A stretch of 64,000 nucleotides of DNA from Octopus vulgaris (lineage: Eukaryota), in NCBI GenBank assembly GCA_951406725.2, contig OX597836.1, positions 11,966,001-12,030,000 of the forward strand, in the 5' to 3' direction. Below are positions 23,679-36,791 of the stretch, in pieces. A program made the translations under genes and the position numbers. Every line of letters starts with the position of its first letter. Position 1 is the stretch's first letter. The notes under the pieces were generated by a model, which saw only the letters and a program-made list of their open reading frames with translations, was not told the origin of the DNA and searched no databases.

Positions 23679-24195
23679 TATATATACATTGTTCTACCAT
23701 AGTAATACTGCGAGTGGTATATAGTTAAAAAGATACTGTACTATATATATATATAATCTATGTATGTTTGTGTGTGCATGTATACACGTGTGTATATATA
23801 TATATATAACAGGAAAGATCCTAAATTATATATGTATATATATATGTGTTTATGTATGCTTGTATGTATGTATGTATGTATGTATATGTGCGCACGCATG
23901 CGTGTGTATATTTTTTTACTGTTCAAGCGCGATGGCTGCGACCATACTGGAGCACCGCCTATGTAATTGACACTGCTTCTATAGCGCTGCCCCTTCTCTT
24001 CTTTGTAGTTTTTTTCTTATGAATGGCAGTTGACCCCGTTTTGCTCTCTCGGTTGCGTTTCTTGCGGCCGTTATTTCGTGCCATCGCAAGATACTTGTAC
24101 CCAGGTGCTCTGTACGTACACACACAACCAAGTATACATTAATACATACATACGTGTGTGTGTGTGTTAAAAGAATACTGAGAACATGTCATAAT

Positions 24196-24262
24196 GTCGT
24201 CTGCGGGATTCGAACGCCGAATCTGGCGCATATGCAAGCACTAGTCACTCCACCAAAGCGAC
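24196..24262 (-). pseudogene. tRNA-like sequence (pseudogene or SINE head)
   Basis: Minus strand GTCGCTT-TGGTGGAGTGA...GTTCGAATCCCGC-AGACGAC: acceptor-like pairing and A/B boxes, but no proper anticodon arm. Confidence 0.35.
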
Positions 24263-24334
24263 ATCACAGCTTTAACGTCCACATTAGAAAGAGTTTAAAA
24301 CTTAAGCAGCTCTGTGTGCGTGTATGTATGTATG

Positions 24335-24394
<60 letters not shown>

Positions 24395-25019
24395 GTTTTG
24401 GGGTTTTGGTTCCGGGTCAAACCCAACCGTGGCCATGCCATATTTTTCTTCTTTTATTTTTGCTGTGGAGTTAAGTTCATTTAGGATCACATTATTTATA
24501 TGCTTCAAGGCACGCGAGTTAGCAGAATCGTTAAGCACGCCGGATAAAATGCTTCTTGGCATTTCATCCGTGTTTCGGTTCTGATTTCAGATTCCGCCGT
24601 GGTCGGCTTTACCTTTCATTCTCTCTCAACGTCGAGACCCGATCCCTCTCCACAGAAATTTCAGGCTTTGTACGAACAGTAGAAAGGATTAAGGATTATT
24701 TAAGGTCCCTTATTTTTTTTTGAGACTGCAATGTTGTGATTTTTTTGAGGGCAATTTCTCTGCTACATCTTGGACATCAAGGACCACATAGAGGCACACC
24801 GTATACATACGCATGTGTGAGTGTGTATTGTGTTGTGTGTGTGTGTGAATTTCATTTCTACAACCTCATTCATAATTCGTTCAATGGATAAATTTTACAG
24901 GTTTCTGCATTCATTCTTGCTATCGTTAAATCTTACACCTGTAAATTTGTGCTATACGCTTACGTAAGGTGTATGTATTTGCGTGCATGCATGCGTGTGT
25001 GTGTGGAGAGGGGTAAGAA

Positions 25020-25288
25020 GCTTGTTTCCCAGCCCGCGTTGTTCCGGGTTCAAACGCACTGCGTGGCACCTCGTGCAAGTTCGCCAATGCACCTGGTGGT
25101 ATTGAATGCTGTTTCCCAGCCCGCTTTGTTCCGGGTTCAAACGCCCTGCGTGACACCTCGTGCAAGTTTGCCAGTGCACCTGGTGGTATTGAATGCTGTT
25201 TCCCAGCCCGCGTTGTTCCGTGTTCAAACGCACTGCGTGGAACCGTGAGCAAGTGTGCCAGCGCACCCGGTATTGAATGCTGTTTCTC
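25020..25288 (+). repeat. 87-bp minisatellite x3 derived from a SINE-A head
   Basis: Units start at ~25020, 25108 and 25195 (partial fourth at 25279); each has gttccgggttcaaacgcactgcgtggcacc. Confidence 0.85.
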
Positions 25289-25457
25289 GCGTTCGTTGCT
25301 ATTCGAAGGCCAAAACAGGTCGAAACTTCGAAGTTACTGTCAACATTATTCTTGTAAAAAAAAAACAATAAAAACAACGACAAATGTGCTTTGTACCTTA
25401 CCAAAAAATATTGAGAGTAATCTTTCAGGTTAATGGGAAATTGTTTTTAATTCAAGA

Positions 25458-25820
25458 GGCTTGCTTCCCGACCACATGGTTCCGGGTTCAGTCCCACTGC
25501 GTGGCACCTTGGGCAAGTGTCTTCTACTATAGCCTCTGATCGACCAAAGCCTTGTGAGTGGATTTGGTAGACGGAAACTGAAAGAAGCCCGTCGTATATA
25601 TGTATGTATATCTATGTGTGTGTGTGTGTGTCTATCCCACCACCGCCACTTGACAACCGGTGTTGGTGTGTTTACGTCCCCGAAACATCGGTTTTGCAGA
25701 AGGGACCGATAGAGAAAAAGTATTAGGCTTAAAAAGAAGTCCTGAAGTCGATTTGTTCCACTAAAGATGCTGCTCCAGCACGGCCGCATCCAGATGACTG
25801 AAACAAGAAAAAGAATAAAA
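25458..25820 (+). mobile_element. SINE family A
   Basis: Homologous to 11759-12140. Confidence 0.8.
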
Positions 25821-26228
25821 GATTAATGTTTAGAATATACATAGATAGATTGATAAAGGCATATTTGGCCGGACCATGGGGTTACCCTGAGTTTCACGTC
25901 TATATATATATATATATATATATATTTAGTGATACAGATAAGAAAATAGGACTGGAAACGCGTATGTGTGTATGTAGCTGGTTGTGTCACTGCTGCATTA
26001 TAGCTTATATGCAATATTTATGTAGACCAAGTTCTGAGATGATTACGTATTATAAGTACCAGATATAGCCAAACATTTAGAGATTTTTACTGCTATACCT
26101 AACATCTCTAGCAATTACATAAGCGGCTCCCATATTAGCTCGTGTGTGACCCTGCTGTTAAGCGGAGCCTCTGTCTGTCTCTCTCTCTCTCTGTATATAT
26201 GTGTATATATATATTATATATATTATAT

Positions 26229-26360
26229 GTAGAAAAATACAAACTGGGACAAGAACGTAAAACATTTAGAAGACGATACAAAAAACACGGACGGGACATT
26301 CGAAGCCTTCAATCTTCAGTCAAGAACCGGATCATCCTCGCAATTTCGGCTGATTAATCT

Positions 26361-26362
<2 letters not shown>
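26229..26362 (-). mobile_element. Family C repeat, partial copy
   Basis: Matches 2640-2775. Confidence 0.7.
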
Positions 26363-26395
<33 letters not shown>

Positions 26396-26396
<1 letters not shown>

Positions 26397-26554
26397 TCAA
26401 ATTCCGCCGAGGTCGACTTTGTCTTTCATCCTTTCGGGGGTCGATAAATAAAGTACCAGTTTCGCACTGGGGATCGATGTAATCGACTTAATCCCTTTGT
26501 CTGTCCTTGTTTGTCCCCTCTATGTTTTAGCCCCTTGTGGGTAGTAAAGAAATA
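26396..26554 (+). mobile_element. SINE family B, 5'-truncated
   Basis: Core plus gccccttgtgggtagtaaagaaata tail. Confidence 0.8.
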
Positions 26555-27368
26555 TATATACACACACTCACACATACACACACATTGTTTAATATAAAGA
26601 GTACTTTATAAGCCGTATAGATATATAGCTGGTTAGCCCTAGGTCACAACTGATCAATGATGATCAAAGGCGTTCCAGCAATGACTATCCTGATCATATT
26701 TTCCAACAGGGTGTATCTAGGACTCTTACTAAACGTTATCAAATGTGTCGTTCCCGTTTAAAGAAGATAGGGTGTTTGACATGTGCTTTAAAGGAGGTTT
26801 ATACTGCTATTTCTAGCAACCTACCACGTAAACGCACCCTCGTTGTATGTACGTATATGTTCTTGTATTCATATATGCACGGGTTTGCGTGTACATATGG
26901 CCTTTCTCCCTCTATTAATATTTGTAAATAGTTACAGATATTTGTATGTCTCTCTCTCTCTCTCTTTTCTTCTCACATTATTCTCTAACCATCTGTCAAC
27001 ACGCACGATTTTGGGAAGTACAATAAAGAAAAAAATCTGGTTTTGCTATATTTTTTCCCTCTCCTGTAAATCTGGAAACCGTGTTTTCAATTCCTCCATA
27101 ATGTATTGACCATTTACATCTGTGGCACCTCCGAGTGAGGACCCTGTATGCCGACGCTTGACCACCTTACCCTACTGTCCGTTTCTCCCCCCCTCTCTCT
27201 CTTTCTCGCGCACGCACACAAGGTTTGTAACAATGAAATCAAACTAAATTATATTTTGAACATATTTAATACGTACGTTTCAGATCTTGCTTAGTAATTA
27301 ATGTATAATAGGAAATACATCTCCTTATGTACACCTTTCTTCAGTCAATACATTTCACTATGTATGTA

Positions 27369-27416
<48 letters not shown>

Positions 27417-28169
27417 GATAGATATATATATATATAATCTTCACTCTCTTTTACTCTTTTACTTGTTTCAGTCATTTGACTGTGGCCATGCTGGAGCACC
27501 GCCTTTAGTCGAGCAAATCGACCCCAGGACTTATTCTTTGGAAGCCTAGTACTTATTCCATCGGTCTCTTTTGCTGAACCGCTAGGTTACGGGGACGTAA
27601 ACACACCAGCATCGGTTGTCAAGCGATGTTGGGGTGGGGGGGGGACAAACACTACCTTGCTTGAAAACGAGTGAAGGTTGGTGACAGGGAGAGCATCCAG
27701 CCTTAGAAAATCTACCTCAGCAAATTCCGTCCGACCCATGCAAGCATGGAAAAGCGGATGTTAAAACAATCATGGTGATGCATACTTGTATTACAATACA
27801 TCCTGTATATGCACATCACCTACACACACACGTTAAATGTGTGTATGTATATATAAAATACATCCCTATACACTCCTCAGGCACATGAAATTGAAGCACC
27901 TTATAGGCATTATTTTAGTACAAAGTCTTCTCAGTGACAATAAGCTGCTGATAACATTAAGGAAATTGTTTGAGCTGTCAGTAATTTCGATAACAATAAC
28001 CTGTTGCTAACATTATCCTGGATTGCTATGAATGGCCTCTCCTCTGTGTGTGTGTGTATGTATATGCATATATAATGTGTGTGTGTGTTTATTGATGTAT
28101 GTATGTAGTATTGTGCAGGTGTGCACAAATATATATACATACACATGCTTGATATGAACATGCATGCAA

Positions 28170-28222
<53 letters not shown>

Positions 28223-28959
28223 CAAACACACATATAGCACACATGTGTACTCTCTCGCACACACATACACATGTATACACTCATACACACAAAAAGCCCC
28301 AAAGCGGGGTTTTTAGACCAGTATTTCCAAGCCGTTATATATAGCTTATCTTGCTTCAAGTTCCAACGTGCCTAAAATGAAATATTTCATACTTTTTTGA
28401 AGTATATGAAGCCTTCACATTTCATTCTGAGTTCAAATGCTGTCAAGGCTCACTTAGCCTTTCATCTTTTCAGGGTCGATCAAATAAGTACCAATTGAGC
28501 ACTGGGGGGATGGGGGTCAATGCAATTGACTTTTACTCCTGGGCAGGGCTATAAAAATTGCACCTCTCTGCCAAGCCATATCGGACCTGTGTGGTAGAGT
28601 AGGCTCATCAAACCAGTATTACCTCAAGCTCAAATTCATGGCCTCCACATCAGGACGTGGTTTGGTGGAGAGAACATGCTAAGGCCTTTGTCCAACAGTG
28701 GACTGAAGATGGACAATCAATCCAATCCAACCCCATTTGTGTTCTATATATGTATTCTGATCTCTTGTAGAGGTAACCATATTTAATATTATGTGTGTAT
28801 AAAATACACACATATACATATATATATTTATAGTGGAGGTACGTGGCTTAGTAGGTAGGGTCTCAGCATCATGATCGTAAGATTGTGATTTCGATTCCTG
28901 GACTGGGCGATGTGTTCTTGAGCAGAACACTTCGTTTCACGTTGCTCCAGTCCACTCAC

Positions 28960-29343
28960 TGAAAGCTGAAGTTGTTTGTGTATGGCAGGTTTGGTAGCCT
29001 TCAACTAACATTATCTCCTCCGAGACCCTGCGGTGCAAGTTGACCAAAATTGAGAGTATGATAGAAGAAGGCTTGCTCTTCCATCCATAGAAGAAAAAAT
29101 TCAAATCGGACCATGTTAACACCAAAAATTATTTGCATCAAAAAGTTGCTTTTTTTCTATGAAAATCCCTATTTTTTTACGATTTTTTGACTGCTGTGTT
29201 GCCATTTTTCAGTGTATTTCAACCAGAAAAATGTTCACTTAAAGAGAATAACAAGCTACATAATGTCAAATTTTTACTTTTCAAAAATTCTGATTCTAAA
29301 GTTGTCGAAACAAACCCGAGCAACGCCGGGGTGATGCTGCTAG
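28960..29343 (+). mobile_element. Non-autonomous Helitron, third internal variant (5' boundary uncertain)
   Basis: 3' end acaaacccgagcaacgccggggtgatgctgCTAG|T shared with the other copies. Confidence 0.6.
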
Positions 29344-29374
<31 letters not shown>

Positions 29375-29979
29375 GCACGCATATACTTCATCTCCATTGT
29401 ATCAACAAGTGACAATCTACTCAAGTTTCACTCTGACAACTGGCTGATACTGTATGCCTGTATATATATATATATGTGTGTGTGTATATATATATATATG
29501 TGTGTGTATATGTATGTATGTATGTTTAGGCATTCCAGTTACTCGAATCAGCAGCCGTTGAAGTTTTGCACTCCCAAACTTTAAAATATGTGAGAAACTA
29601 AACCAGCCACAACAACAACAACAACGGCAGCAGGGTATCAAGAGCACATTTCAGTGATTATAAAGAATAGATTTCTCATAACGATCTTAACGACTACGTT
29701 ATTAATTAAAATTCTGTTTTTTGGTGGGTGCTACTTTGCTGCTGCTTCGTCTCGAGTCAGACTGCACACTCACTCACAGATGACTATGTTCTTTCCTGTT
29801 TGGTTTTCTTTGGTGGTGGTCATGGCAGCTGTATTTTCTCTTTTATCTGTTTCAGTCATAGGACTGCAGCTATGCTGGGGCACCAACCCAGAGGGTTTCA
29901 TTTGTTTAAACCAAACCCTGTATCACCCTGACAGTTTCTTTTGTCAAACATTATTGGGATGTTAACAAACCAACACAGC

Positions 29980-30388
29980 CAGGTGGTAAGTAGCTTGCTT
30001 ACGAACCACATGGTTCTGGGTTCAGCCCCACTGCGTGGCACCTTGGGCAACTGTCTTTTACTATATAGCCTCGGGCCAACCAAAGCCTTGTGAGTGGATT
30101 TGGTAGATGGAAAATGAAAGAAGCCCATCGTATATATATGTATATGTATGTGTGTGTGTGTGTGTGTGTATATGTTTGTGTGTCTCTGTTTGCCCCTTCC
30201 CCCCCACATCACTTGACAACCGATGCTGGTGTGTTTACGTCCCCGTAACTTAGCGGTTCAGCAAAACAGACTGATAGAATAAGTACCAGGCTTAAAAAGA
30301 ATAAGTCCCGGGGTCGATTTGCTCGACTAAAGGCGGTGCTCCAGCATGGCCAAAGTCAATGACTGAAACAAGTAAAAGAGTAAAAGAG
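29980..30388 (+). mobile_element. SINE family A
   Basis: Homologous to 11748-12140. Confidence 0.85.
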
Positions 30389-30567
30389 GTGCTTTTCCTG
30401 TCACTTCTTATAATGCACAGTACATTCATTTTAAAAGCTGGATTGTGTTTGTGTATCACCGTCATCGTCATTGCTTAACATCCATTTCCCATGCAGGCAA
30501 GGGTCGGACAGCTTGGCACCCTTTTGGTTTTTTTAACCCTTTAGCATTCAGATTATTCTGTCAGATA

Positions 30568-30963
30568 TACTCTTTACTCTTTTACTTGTTTCAGTCATTT
30601 GACTGCGGCCATGCTGGAGCACCGCCTTTAGTCGAGCAAATCGACCCCGGGACTTATTCCTTGTAAGCCCAGTACTTATTCTTTCGGTCTATTTTGCCGA
30701 ACCGCTAAGTGACAGGGACGTAAACACACCAGCATCGGTTGTCAAGCAATGCTAGGGGGACAAACACACACACACAAACATATACACATACATACATATA
30801 TATATATATACATATATACGACAGGCTTCTTTCAGTTTCCGTCTACCAAATCCACTCACAAGGCATTGGTCGGCCCGGGGCTATAGCAGAAGACACTTGC
30901 ACAAGATGCCACGCAGTGGGACTGAACCCGGAACCATGTGGTTGGTTAGCAAGCTACTTACCA
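30568..30963 (-). mobile_element. SINE family A, inserted in a piggyBac-MITE remnant
   Basis: Homologous to 617-1023; flanks resemble the left part of the 7220 MITE. Confidence 0.85.
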
Positions 30964-31155
30964 TAATCCTTATTCATTCACATTGATTTGAATTAATCAT
31001 GCACTTGTGCTCCCCATCACTGGTGATATATAACGATTATGATAATGATGATGGTGTGTGTGTGTGTGTGTGTGTGATGCAAAAACTTGAAAAGTAACAA
31101 GGAGGACAAGGTAAGGAACAAACAACACCAGGTTTTCACTCAGGAAAAATTACAA

Positions 31156-31195
31156 CTCCTCGACATTTCGAGCATCTGCTCCTCTTCACAAAGAA
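31156..31195 (-). ncRNA. Minimal type-I hammerhead ribozyme motif, C3G variant (second family)
   Basis: Minus strand UUCUUU-GUGAAGA-G-GAGC-AGAU-GCUC-GAAA-UG-UC-GAGGAG: 6-bp stem I with wobbles, 4-bp stem II, GUC cleavage triplet. Confidence 0.6.
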
Positions 31196-31512
31196 TAGAC
31201 GAGAGAGTACCTGAACACTTTAATCACCACCATTTAACTTTTTGCACCTCTGTTGGACTAAAAGTTCTTCAAGGTGTTGCCTCAGCATGGCCACAGTCTA
31301 ATGACTAAAACAAGTAAGAGAGAAAAGAAAAAGAAAATAGGTAGATAGGTATGTTGATAGATAGATAGATGGGTTAGCTAGAGGATAGATGGATGGATTA
31401 ATAGATAGACAGACAGACAGACTTATGGATGGATACATAGATAGTTGGATAGGTTGAGAGAGAGATAGAGATAGATAGATAGACTAACAGATTGATGGTT
31501 GGATACATAGAT

Positions 31513-31923
31513 AGGCGCAGGAGTGGCTGTGTGGTAAGTAGCTTGCTAACCAGCCACATGGTTCCGGGTTCAGTCCCACTGCATGGCATCTTGGGCAAGT
31601 GTCTTCTGCTACAGCCCCGGGCTGACCAATGCTTTGTGAGTGGATTTGGTAGACGGAAACTGAAAGAAGCCTGTCGTATATATGTATATATATATATGTA
31701 TGTGTGTGTGTTTGTGTGTCTGTGTTTGTTCCCCTAGCATTGCTTGACAACCGATGCTGGTGTGTTTACATCCCCGTTACCCAGCGGTTCGGCAAAAAGA
31801 GACCGATAGAATAAGTACTGGGCTTACAAAAAGAATAAGTCCCGGGGTCGATTTGCTCGACTAAATGCGGTGCTCCAGCATGGCCGCAGTCAAATGACTG
31901 AAACAAGTAAAAGAGTAAAAGAG
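31513..31923 (+). mobile_element. SINE family A, full length, with 28-bp flanking direct repeat
   Basis: taacagattgatgg(t/c)tggatacatagat at 31485-31512 and 31924-31951. Confidence 0.88.
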
Positions 31924-33704
31924 TAACAGATTGATGGCTGGATACATAGATGGATAGGTTGATAGATAGATAGATAGATGGATGGATAGATAGACAGATA
32001 GGCAGCGATGGATGGATAGGTAGATAGAGTAAATAAAGGTGGTGAAGTGTGTGTGGGGGGCTAAACCCCTCCCTTTTTTACAGTATATTCCTGTCTATAT
32101 TATCAGTGCTGATTATCAGCAGGTTTTTAAGTCCTGAGTAATTTTCCAAAACTTTGCCCTACTTCACAGGAAACCAGCCCCTACCTCTCTCTCTCTTCCA
32201 TTTTTTTTCTCTTCTGGGTTTTCTTCTGGGGGAAGGAGGAAAGAGAAAGAGAGAGTGAGAGTGAGTGAGACAATGTGGGACCTGACTTGGGCTAAAATAA
32301 ATAAATAAATAAAAGAATAAAATGGATATAAACATAAAAAAAGTTGTGTGTGTGTATATTGCTGACTTGACTGTTGTTGTGTAGTTAGTACTGAGTGTTA
32401 ACTGAATATATAGCAGGTTTCTGAATTAATTTGCCAGGGTGTGTATGTGTGCTGGGTGTTGGTTAAGCTGGCTATATCTTCATCTTAATCTCGAGTGTGT
32501 ATGTATGTGTGAGTGTTTGTGTATATTATAGGTATGCCTTCTCTTCTTCCCACCCTTTTCTTCTCTATCTTAGTGTGTATGTACGTGTATACACACATAT
32601 ATGTGTGTATATATATATATATGTATTATATAGATAGATAGATATACACATACAAACATCATAAATATTTATACATACTGATTCACTGTATTTCTCTCTC
32701 CCCACTCCTATGTGTGGATGTGTACATGCATATTAATTTGATTATGTTTGTGTGTATGTATGTATATATATATAATCATCATCACTGTTGTCGTCATTTA
32801 ATGTCCATGATGATGATTTTATATATATACACACACACACAAAAATAAGCAAATTAATATGCATATATATATATATGTGTGTGTGAGTATATGTTTATAT
32901 ATATGCATGTATATATGTATGTATATATATAAATGTATGTATGTATATATATGTATCTATATGAGTGTATATATATGAATCTATGTATGTATGTATGTGT
33001 GTATGTATATATATGAATGTGTGTATATATATATATATATGAATGTGCGTATGTTTATATATGAATGTTTGTATGTGTATATATATATATATATATATAT
33101 GAATGCATGTGTGTCATTTAATATCCATTTTCCATGCTGACAGTGAGAGAGAATCTGTGTGTGTGTGAGATTGTGTGTATATATATCACGTGTGTGTAAA
33201 TTTAAAGTATGTATGTATCTATCTATCTACCTCTGTATGTATATATATATATAGAGAGAGAGAGAAATAGAGATATTTAGATAAAGGTATAGATATATAA
33301 GAATGAGGCGTATATTTGATTATTTTCTTTTCTTTTGAGAAATGATACAATATTTAACACATGGAAAATTATCTCATGAATATTTGAAAAACTATTAAAC
33401 CTAAGAAGTCTATGTAAGAAGTGCTATGGCGGCCTATATATATATATATATACATACATACATATATATATATAAAATTCCCCCCCCCCCCCCGAATGAG
33501 ATAAAAATCCAAGGCTGTGAAAGATTTTATGAACATTACACATGCTGCTATATGACCTACGCTGGACTCCTTATTCGCATAATCACTGAAACAGGAGCTT
33601 AACTATGATCTGTCCATAGCACTTACATGGCATTACTTGACATCTTTGGGTCCTATTGACCCCATTACCTCTCATAACCTCTCTCTCTCTCTCTTCCTTA
33701 TTGT

Positions 33705-33985
33705 TTTCACATATTTTTGTATTTTTATTCGTGTACATCGTCCGTTTTCCGTCCTTGTGTTGTATACATTCGAAGCTTTCTTCCAAGGGATCTAATGCGC
33801 TTGGCTTAGATTTCCCTTGGGGGCTGCCCAGGTCGGAGCAATCTCAAGATTAATCGGTCGAAATTGCGAAGATGATCCGGTTCTTGACTGATGACTGAGG
33901 GCTTCGAATGTCCCGTCCTGTGGTTCTTGTGTCGTCTTCTAGGTGTTTCACGTTCTTGTCTCAGTTTGTATATATTTTTTACTTT
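33705..33985 (+). mobile_element. Family C repeat, opposite orientation
   Basis: Reverse complement of ~2640-2925; contains ctgatgactgagggcttcgaatgtcc. Confidence 0.7.
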
Positions 33986-34032
<47 letters not shown>

Positions 34033-34465
34033 CAACAGGTCCTTTTTAAGTGGCACTGGCACCTGAAAAGACAATCCTGTAATGGTAGAAAACCATGGTT
34101 TTATTTAGATTGACACATCTTATCAAGCACAATAAATCGCCAACTCTTCTGGCCCCTTATTTCCTAGATGAGACCCAGCTTCTTGCACACAATAGCTGAT
34201 GCCTCTTACACCCAGTTTTTCTCTTAAATCATTTTACACCCTTCCTAATGCCAGCCACTTTACAGCTTGTACTGGCTGCTTTTTTGCTATGACACAGGCA
34301 ACATTGGGGTCACCAAATCAGGCAATATATACTTTGCAAGACAGGCAATATATACTTTGCAATTCAGACTGCAAGACCAGACCCTCGACTGAGGCAGTGG
34401 TGGAGTATCATAGTTTGAGCTAACTTCATGCCAAGTGGTAAGTGGTTAAAGAGTTTTAAAGAGCA

Positions 34466-34867
34466 GGCGGCAAGCTAGCACAGACGTTAGCGCGCCAGAC
34501 GAAATGCTTAGTGATATTTCGTCTGCCGTTACATTCTGAGTTCAAATTCCACCGAGGTCGACTTTGCCTCTCATCCTTTCGGAGTTGATTAAATAAGTAC
34601 CAGTTACGCACTGGGGTCAATATAATCGACTTAATCCATTGGTCTGTCCTTGTTTGTCCTCTCTCTGTTTAGCCCCTTGTGGGTTGTAAAGAAATAGGTA
34701 TTTCGTCTGCCGCTACATTCTGAGTTCAAATTCCACCGAGGTCGACTTTGCCTTTCATCCGTTCGGTGGTCGATAAATTAAGTACCAGTTACGCACTGGG
34801 GTCAATATAATCGACTTAATCCATTTGTCCCTTCTGTGTTTAGCCCCTTGTGGGTAGTAAAGAAATA
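34466..34867 (+). mobile_element. SINE family B dimer with 21-bp flanking direct repeat
   Basis: Two units joined at gaaata|ggtatttcg (34697); ggtaag(t/c)ggttaaagagtttt at 34437-34457 and 34868-34888. Confidence 0.85.
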
Positions 34868-35953
34868 GGTAAGCGGTTAAAGAGTTTTTGAGGGGTAGAA
34901 ACAAGTGTCTTTGCTTTAGAGGTGATACATTGCTACCCCGTTTGCACACATCTATTTTTGGTTAACAATGTTGATAGCCATTCTATTCATCAGGGACCAT
35001 ACTTCAGGTTCTAAGATATAAAAAAAACACCCATTTTAAAAGAGTTAATTAAAGAATAACAAAAAATAAAGAAAAACTAAAACCCCCAAAACCTGTTGTT
35101 AGAATTTTTGTTAAAGAAACTTTTTGTTCAGTAATTTTCCGAGCGCCAGCTTTATAATTACTGGGGAAATATGTTCGTTATTTAACTAAATCCCTCCGAA
35201 ATTGTTGATTATTTTAAAGAAACAAAACCAAAGGAAAATGAATGGGGAGCGAAAAAAAAAAATTAATTGAAACGCATAATTGAAACGCATTGAGAATATA
35301 ATCACGAAACAGGTTAAAAATATCGCTCGATTACTCTACTCGCAGTTAAGCATGCATATTTTCTGTTGCTCGTTTAAAAAGAGCTAAAATAATTAAATAG
35401 ATATGTAAATATTTGTACTAGTACGATACAGCTGGTGTTACCGCATTGATTTAACTAAAACAGGTGAATTATTTAACCATTCCGTGACTCTATTTCCAAT
35501 GAAATGCACTGTTTACCTTGTGTGTGTGTTTCAGTAATTAGTTTTTGAAAAACAATCAAGAATTTCGGAGAGGTTTTTTTTTTTAGAGAAAAAAAAAAAA
35601 AAAAATGTAGTAAAAATAACTTAATTTTTGTCATTATTGTGTGCGGGTGTTTGGAATGTAACTCGATGAAAAAAGGTTCAAAGATTCTTGGATTAATAGA
35701 ATGATAGAAGGTTTTAATTTAAATATGGGATGCTTTATTATTAGAAGTTTGGTATCAAAAGAATCAGTTGGTGGTGGTCGTGGCTGTGATTGACGGTGGT
35801 TGCAAATGGATTGCTCTCAGAGCAGTTTTCTTTTCCTATGCTAATAAGCATATGTGTGTGTATGTGTGTGTGTAATGCACACAAATTCTGTGTATCATCA
35901 TTATCATCATCATCATCATTACCATTAATGTCCGTTTTCCATGCTGGTATTTC

Positions 35954-36366
35954 TGCAAGCTGGCAGAATCGTTAGCACGTCAGGCGAAATGCTAAGCAGT
36001 ATTTCGTCTGCCGTTACGTTCTGAGTTCAAATTCCGCCGAGGTCGACTTTGCCTTTCATCCTTTCGGGTCGATAAATTAAGTACCAGTTACGCACTGGGG
36101 TCGGTGTAATCGACTTAATCCGTTTGTCTGTCCTTGTTTGTCCTCTCTGTGTTTAGCCCCTTGTGGGTAGTAAAGAAATAGGTATTTCGTCTGTCCTTTA
36201 CGTTCTGAGTTCAAATTCCGCCGAGGTCGACTTTGCCTTTCATCCTTTCGGGGTCGATAAATTAAGTACCAGTTACGCACTGGGGGTCGGTGTAATCGAC
36301 TTAATCCGTTTGTCTGTCCTTGTTTGTCCTCTCTGTGTTTAGCCCCTTGTGGGTAGTAAAGAAATA
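35954..36366 (+). mobile_element. SINE family B dimer inserted in a family G tail
   Basis: ~185-bp units, junction at 36181; ggtattt on both sides. Confidence 0.85.
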
Positions 36367-36496
36367 GGTATTTGTTGGACGGTTTGACCAGAGCCAGCAA
36401 GCTAGATTAAACAACATTCTTTGTTCCAAAACACTACAATTGTTTCTACACATCGTTACTCTTGAGTGTAACATTGGTGAGATGATATGATTAATA

Positions 36497-36756
36497 GGTG
36501 TATGAGTGGCTCTGTGGTAAGTAGCTTGCTTACCAACCACATGGTTCTGGGTTCAGTCCCACTGCGTGGCACCTTGGGCAAGTGTCTTCTACTACAGCCT
36601 CGGGCCAACCAAAGCCTTGTTAGTGGATTTGATAGACGGAAACTGAAAGAAGCCCATCGTATATATGTATATATATGTGTTTGTGTTTGACCCCACCAAC
36701 ATCGCTGACAACCGATGTGTATATATATATATATATCTCATATATTTGTGTGTGTA

Positions 36757-36791
<35 letters not shown>

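Noticed and set aside
25020-25288. Possible CRISPR-like array
   Set aside because: Whole units repeat with no unique spacers; SINE-derived; eukaryotic context.
25298-25332. GGCC-AAAACA-GGUC-GAAAC stem-II-like motif
   Set aside because: The upstream CUGAnGA box is not recognisable (ctattcgaa).
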